A stretch of 63,041 bases of DNA, counting the filler. It is 15 parts of 15 records of this genome, joined end to end, with 100 filler letters (N's around TTAATTAATTAA, not from the genome) between each part and the next. Parts side by side here need not be neighbours in the genome. Positions count along the whole stretch, not along the records: positions 56,363 to 60,433 come from SRR11831586_2105; positions 60,534 to 63,041 come from SRR11831586_2121; 13 more parts are not named here. One strand, given 5' to 3'. The position numbers and the translations under genes are program-made. The notes under the pieces are model-generated. The model worked only from the letters and a program-made list of their open reading frames with translations. It was not told the origin of the DNA and ran no database searches. Shown one piece after another: positions 58,188 through 63,041 of this stretch. Each line of letters opens with the position of its first letter. Within the stretch, counting starts at the first letter, position 1.

Positions 58188-60237
58188 ATGAGTCGTAAAC
58201 AACTGGCGCTATTCGAACCAACACTTGTCGTTCAGGCGCTGAAAGAAGCGGTAGAAAAAATTAAACCCGCAGGCGCAATGGCGCAATCCGGTGATGTTTA
58301 TCGTCTGGATCGGCAGTCTGCTGACCACCTGTATTAGCATCGCGATGGCAAGCGGTGCGATGCCCGGCAATGCGCTGTTTAGCGCGGCCATTAGCGGTTG
58401 GCTGTGGATCACCGTACTGTTCGCTAATTTCGCCGAGGCGCTGGCAGAAGGCCGCAGTAAAGCGCAGGCCAACAGTCTGAAAGGGGTGAAAAAAACTGCC
58501 TTTGCCCGCAAGCTGCGTGAGCCGAAATATGGCGCTGCGGCGGACAAAGTTCCTGCCGACCAACTTCGTAAAGGCGATATCGTACTGGTAGAAGCTGGCG
58601 ATATTATCCCCTGCGATGGTGAAGTTATTGAAGGGGGTGCATCGGTCGATGAAAGCGCCATCACCGGGGAATCGGCACCGGTGATCCGTGAATCCGGCGG
58701 CGATTTTGCCTCCGTCACCGGCGGCACGCGTATTCTTTCTGACTGGCTGGTGATTGAGTGTAGCGTTAACCCCGGCGAGACATTTCTGGATCGGATGATC
58801 GCGATGGTGGAAGGCGCACAGCGACGCAAAACGCCGAACGAAATTGCCCTGACCATTCTGCTGATTGCCCTGACTATCGTCTTTTTACTGGCAACCGCCA
58901 CGCTGTGGCCGTTTTCCGCGTGGGGCGGTAATGCAGTCAGCGTAACGGTACTGGTGGCGCTGCTGGTCTGTCTGATCCCAACCACTATTGGCGGCCTGTT
59001 GTCAGCGATCGGCGTCGCCGGGATGAGCCGGATGCTAGGCGCGAATGTGATTGCCACCAGCGGACGTGCAGTTGAAGCGGCAGGTGACGTTGACGTTCTG
59101 CTACTGGATAAAACCGGCACCATCACACTCGGTAACCGTCAGGCGTCGGAGTTTATCCCCGCGCAGGGCGTGGATGAAAAAACGCTGGCTGACGCCGCAC
59201 AACTGGCTTCGCTGGCTGATGAAACGCCGGAAGGCCGCAGTATTGTGATCCTCGCCAAGCAGCGTTTTAACCTGCGCGAGCGCGATGTGCAGTCGCTCCA
59301 TGCCACCTTTGTACCGTTTACTGCGCAAAGCCGGATGAGCGGGATCAACATCGACAACCGCATGATCCGTAAAGGTTCTGTCGATGCCATTCGTCGCCAT
59401 GTTGAGGCTAACGGTGGTCACTTCCCTACCGATGTTGATCAAAAAGTCGATCAGGTTGCGCGTCAGGGAGCCACGCCGCTGGTGGTGGTGGAAGGTTCTC
59501 GTGTGCTGGGCGTTATTGCGCTGAAAGATATCGTCAAAGGCGGTATTAAAGAGCGCTTCGCCCAGCTGCGCAAAATGGGCATTAAAACGGTGATGATTAC
59601 CGGCGATAACCGTCTGACTGCCGCCGCGATTGCTGCGGAAGCGGGTGTCGATGATTTTCTCGCCGAAGCGACACCGGAGGCCAAGCTGGCATTGATCCGT
59701 CAGTATCAGGCGGAAGGTCGTTTGGTAGCGATGACCGGCGACGGCACCAACGATGCTCCGGCGCTGGCGCAGGCAGATGTCGCGGTGGCGATGAACTCCG
59801 GCACCCAGGCGGCGAAAGAGGCGGGCAATATGGTCGATCTCGACTCTAACCCGACCAAGTTGATCGAGGTGGTGCACATTGGCAAACAGATGCTGATGAC
59901 CCGTGGCTCGCTGACCACCTTCAGCATTGCCAACGATGTGGCGAAATACTTCGCCATTATTCCGGCGGCATTCGCGGCAACGTATCCGCAGTTAAATGCG
60001 CTGAACATCATGTGCCTGCATTCGCCCGACTCCGCAATCCTCAGTGCGGTGATTTTCAACGCCTTGATTATCGTCTTTTTGATTCCCCTGGCGTTAAAAG
60101 GCGTGAGTTATAAACCGCTTACCGCTTCTGCCATGTTGCGCCGTAACTTATGGATTTACGGTCTGGGTGGGCTGCTGGTGCCGTTTATCGGTATCAAAGT
60201 CATTGATTTACTGCTGACCGTTTGCGGTCTGGTGTGA
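58188..60237 (+). CDS. kdpB: K+-ATPase subunit B (P-type ATPase) with a 1-nt insertion at about 58253
   Basis: MSRKQL start is out of frame by one base; [20 protein letters not shown]. Confidence 0.96.
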
Positions 60238-60245
60238 GGTTTACC

Positions 60246-60433
60246 ATGAGTGGATTACGTCCGGCATTATCAACATTTATCTTTCTGTTATTGATTACTG
60301 GCGGCGTTTACCGCTGCTGACCACCGTACTGGGGCAATGGTGGTTTCCCTGGCAGGCCAATGGTTCGTTGATTCGTGAAGGTGATACGGTGCGCGGTTCG
60401 GCATTAATCGGGCAGAATTTTTACCGGCAACGG
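60246..60433 (+). CDS. kdpC: K+-ATPase subunit C, 5' part, with two homopolymer indels
   Basis: [15 protein letters not shown](P)[23 protein letters not shown]; missing C near 60311, extra T near 60420. Confidence 0.9.
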
Positions 60434-60533
60434 NNNNNNNNNNNNNNNNNNNNNNNNNNNNNNNNNNNNNNNNNNNNTTAATTAATTAANNNNNNNNNNN
60501 NNNNNNNNNNNNNNNNNNNNNNNNNNNNNNNNN

Positions 60534-62055
<1,522 letters not shown>

Positions 62056-62097
62056 TTATAGCACAGTCGTGGTGACTTGACCATCGTGCGCGTAGTG

Positions 62098-63041
62098 TCA
62101 GGCAGAGGTAAATTGCGGGATGTTATGCCATAACGGCCAGCTAAACGAGAAGCGGGCACCACCCAGTTCGCTGGTGTCACAATTAACCGTACCGCCCATT
62201 GCCAGTGCTATAGAGTGGACAATTGCCAGCCCCAGCCCGCAGCCGCCGGTTGAGCGATCCCGGCTGGGATCGAGGCGAACAAAAGGTTCAAAGATATGTT
62301 CGCGGTTTTCTGGGGCAATCCCTGGGCCATCATCCTCAACAATTAATGTCGCTCTATTCCCCGACAGTAGCAGGCTGGTTTCAACCGTTGAATGGCAGTA
62401 CCGCAGGGCGTTATTGAGCAAATTATCCAGCACGCGCTCCATTAAGCGCATATCCAACGCCGCATAATGGCCTTGCACGAGCGTTTTTATCCGTACCGTT
62501 TTATCGGGCGTTACTGCCTGAATATCTGCCAGATGCGTTGACAGCCACAACGGCAGGTCTGGTTCGCTAAGATGAAGCTCGTTTTGTGGGCGATCGAGTC
62601 GGGCATAAGTCAGCAGCTCTTCAATTAAAGCTTCAAGTTGACTGATATCACGATTCAACGCCTGGGATTCGGCGGCGCTCAGGTTATCGCTCATCTCCAG
62701 TCGATAACGCAGGCGCACTAACGGTGTTCGCAGTTCGTGAGCGATACCGTCAATAAGCTGTTTTTTGCTGGCAATTAAGGCGTTGATATTGTCCGCCATC
62801 TGGTTAAATGCGACGCCAAGTCGTTCAAAGCTCGAACCCTCATCAAAGTGGATACGTTCATTGAGATGCCCATCGCCAAATCGTTGCGCCGCTGCTTCCA
62901 GTTTTAACATATCCTGCCAGTGCGGACGCATCCAGATAAACACCGGAAAGGCGAGGGAAATAGCAATAAAAGCGATCAGGGCGATATCCAGCAATCGCAT
63001 CTGATGGAGATAATAAAGATAAGGAACAGGACCAACTGCCA
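62098..63041 (-). CDS. rstB: Sensor histidine kinase RstB, 3' part
   Basis: HAMP, IAHELRTPL, NLLNNALRY, DDGPG, GCGLGL; upstream of tus. Confidence 0.95.
   Translation of the reverse strand, partial: AVGPVPYLYYLHQMRLLDIALIAFIAISLAFPVFIWMRPHWQDMLKLEAAAQRFGDGHLNERIHFDEGSSFERLGVAFNQMADNINALIASKKQLIDGIAHELRTPLVRLRYRLEMSDNLSAAESQALNRDISQLEALIEELLTYARLDRPQNELHLSEPDLPLWLSTHLADIQAVTPDKTVRIKTLVQGHYAALDMRLMERVLDNLLNNALRYCHSTVETSLLLSGNRATLIVEDDGPGIAPENREHIFEPFVRLDPSRDRSTGGCGLGLAIVHSIALAMGGTVNCDTSELGGARFSFSWPLWHNIPQFTSA

Overview
This window is not one genomic locus. It is a pseudo-scaffold of 15 unrelated contigs joined by 14 identical 100-bp linkers (N44-TTAATTAATTAA-N44, stops in all six frames). Eight contigs are ordinary Escherichia coli chromosome, apparently K-12 lineage: dcuC-dpiAB-citCDEFXGT-rna-rnk-yldA-ybdR-uspG-ahpF; ptsP-lgt-thyA-ppdAB-ygdB; cheA-cheW-tar; ybgPQD; yghSRQ plus an IS5 end; modA-acrZ-modEF; kdpFABC; fumC-tus-TerB-rstB. 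They carry several 1-nt indels that look like pyrosequencing errors. The other seven contigs are eukaryotic. Six come from an unidentified intron-rich organism, probably a bacterivorous protist, using the standard code and short GT-AG introns. They encode a complete Rac/Rho GTPase, two tandem bZIP factors sharing one intron position, a long ankyrin-repeat protein, an ARM-repeat protein, a PBZ-like zinc-finger C-terminus, canonical poly(A) polymerase, a Pro/Gln/Tyr-rich SAM-domain protein and three unknown genes. The seventh (30893-36124) is the most notable element: an intronless Helitron-like rolling-circle transposase (HUH Rep plus Pif1 helicase, Helentron/Helitron2-type motifs, no C-terminal endonuclease). 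Its N-terminal zinc finger is split off by an apparent 2-nt insertion. No CRISPR array, tRNA or rRNA was seen. All identifications come from reading the sequence and recalling known families; no database search was run.
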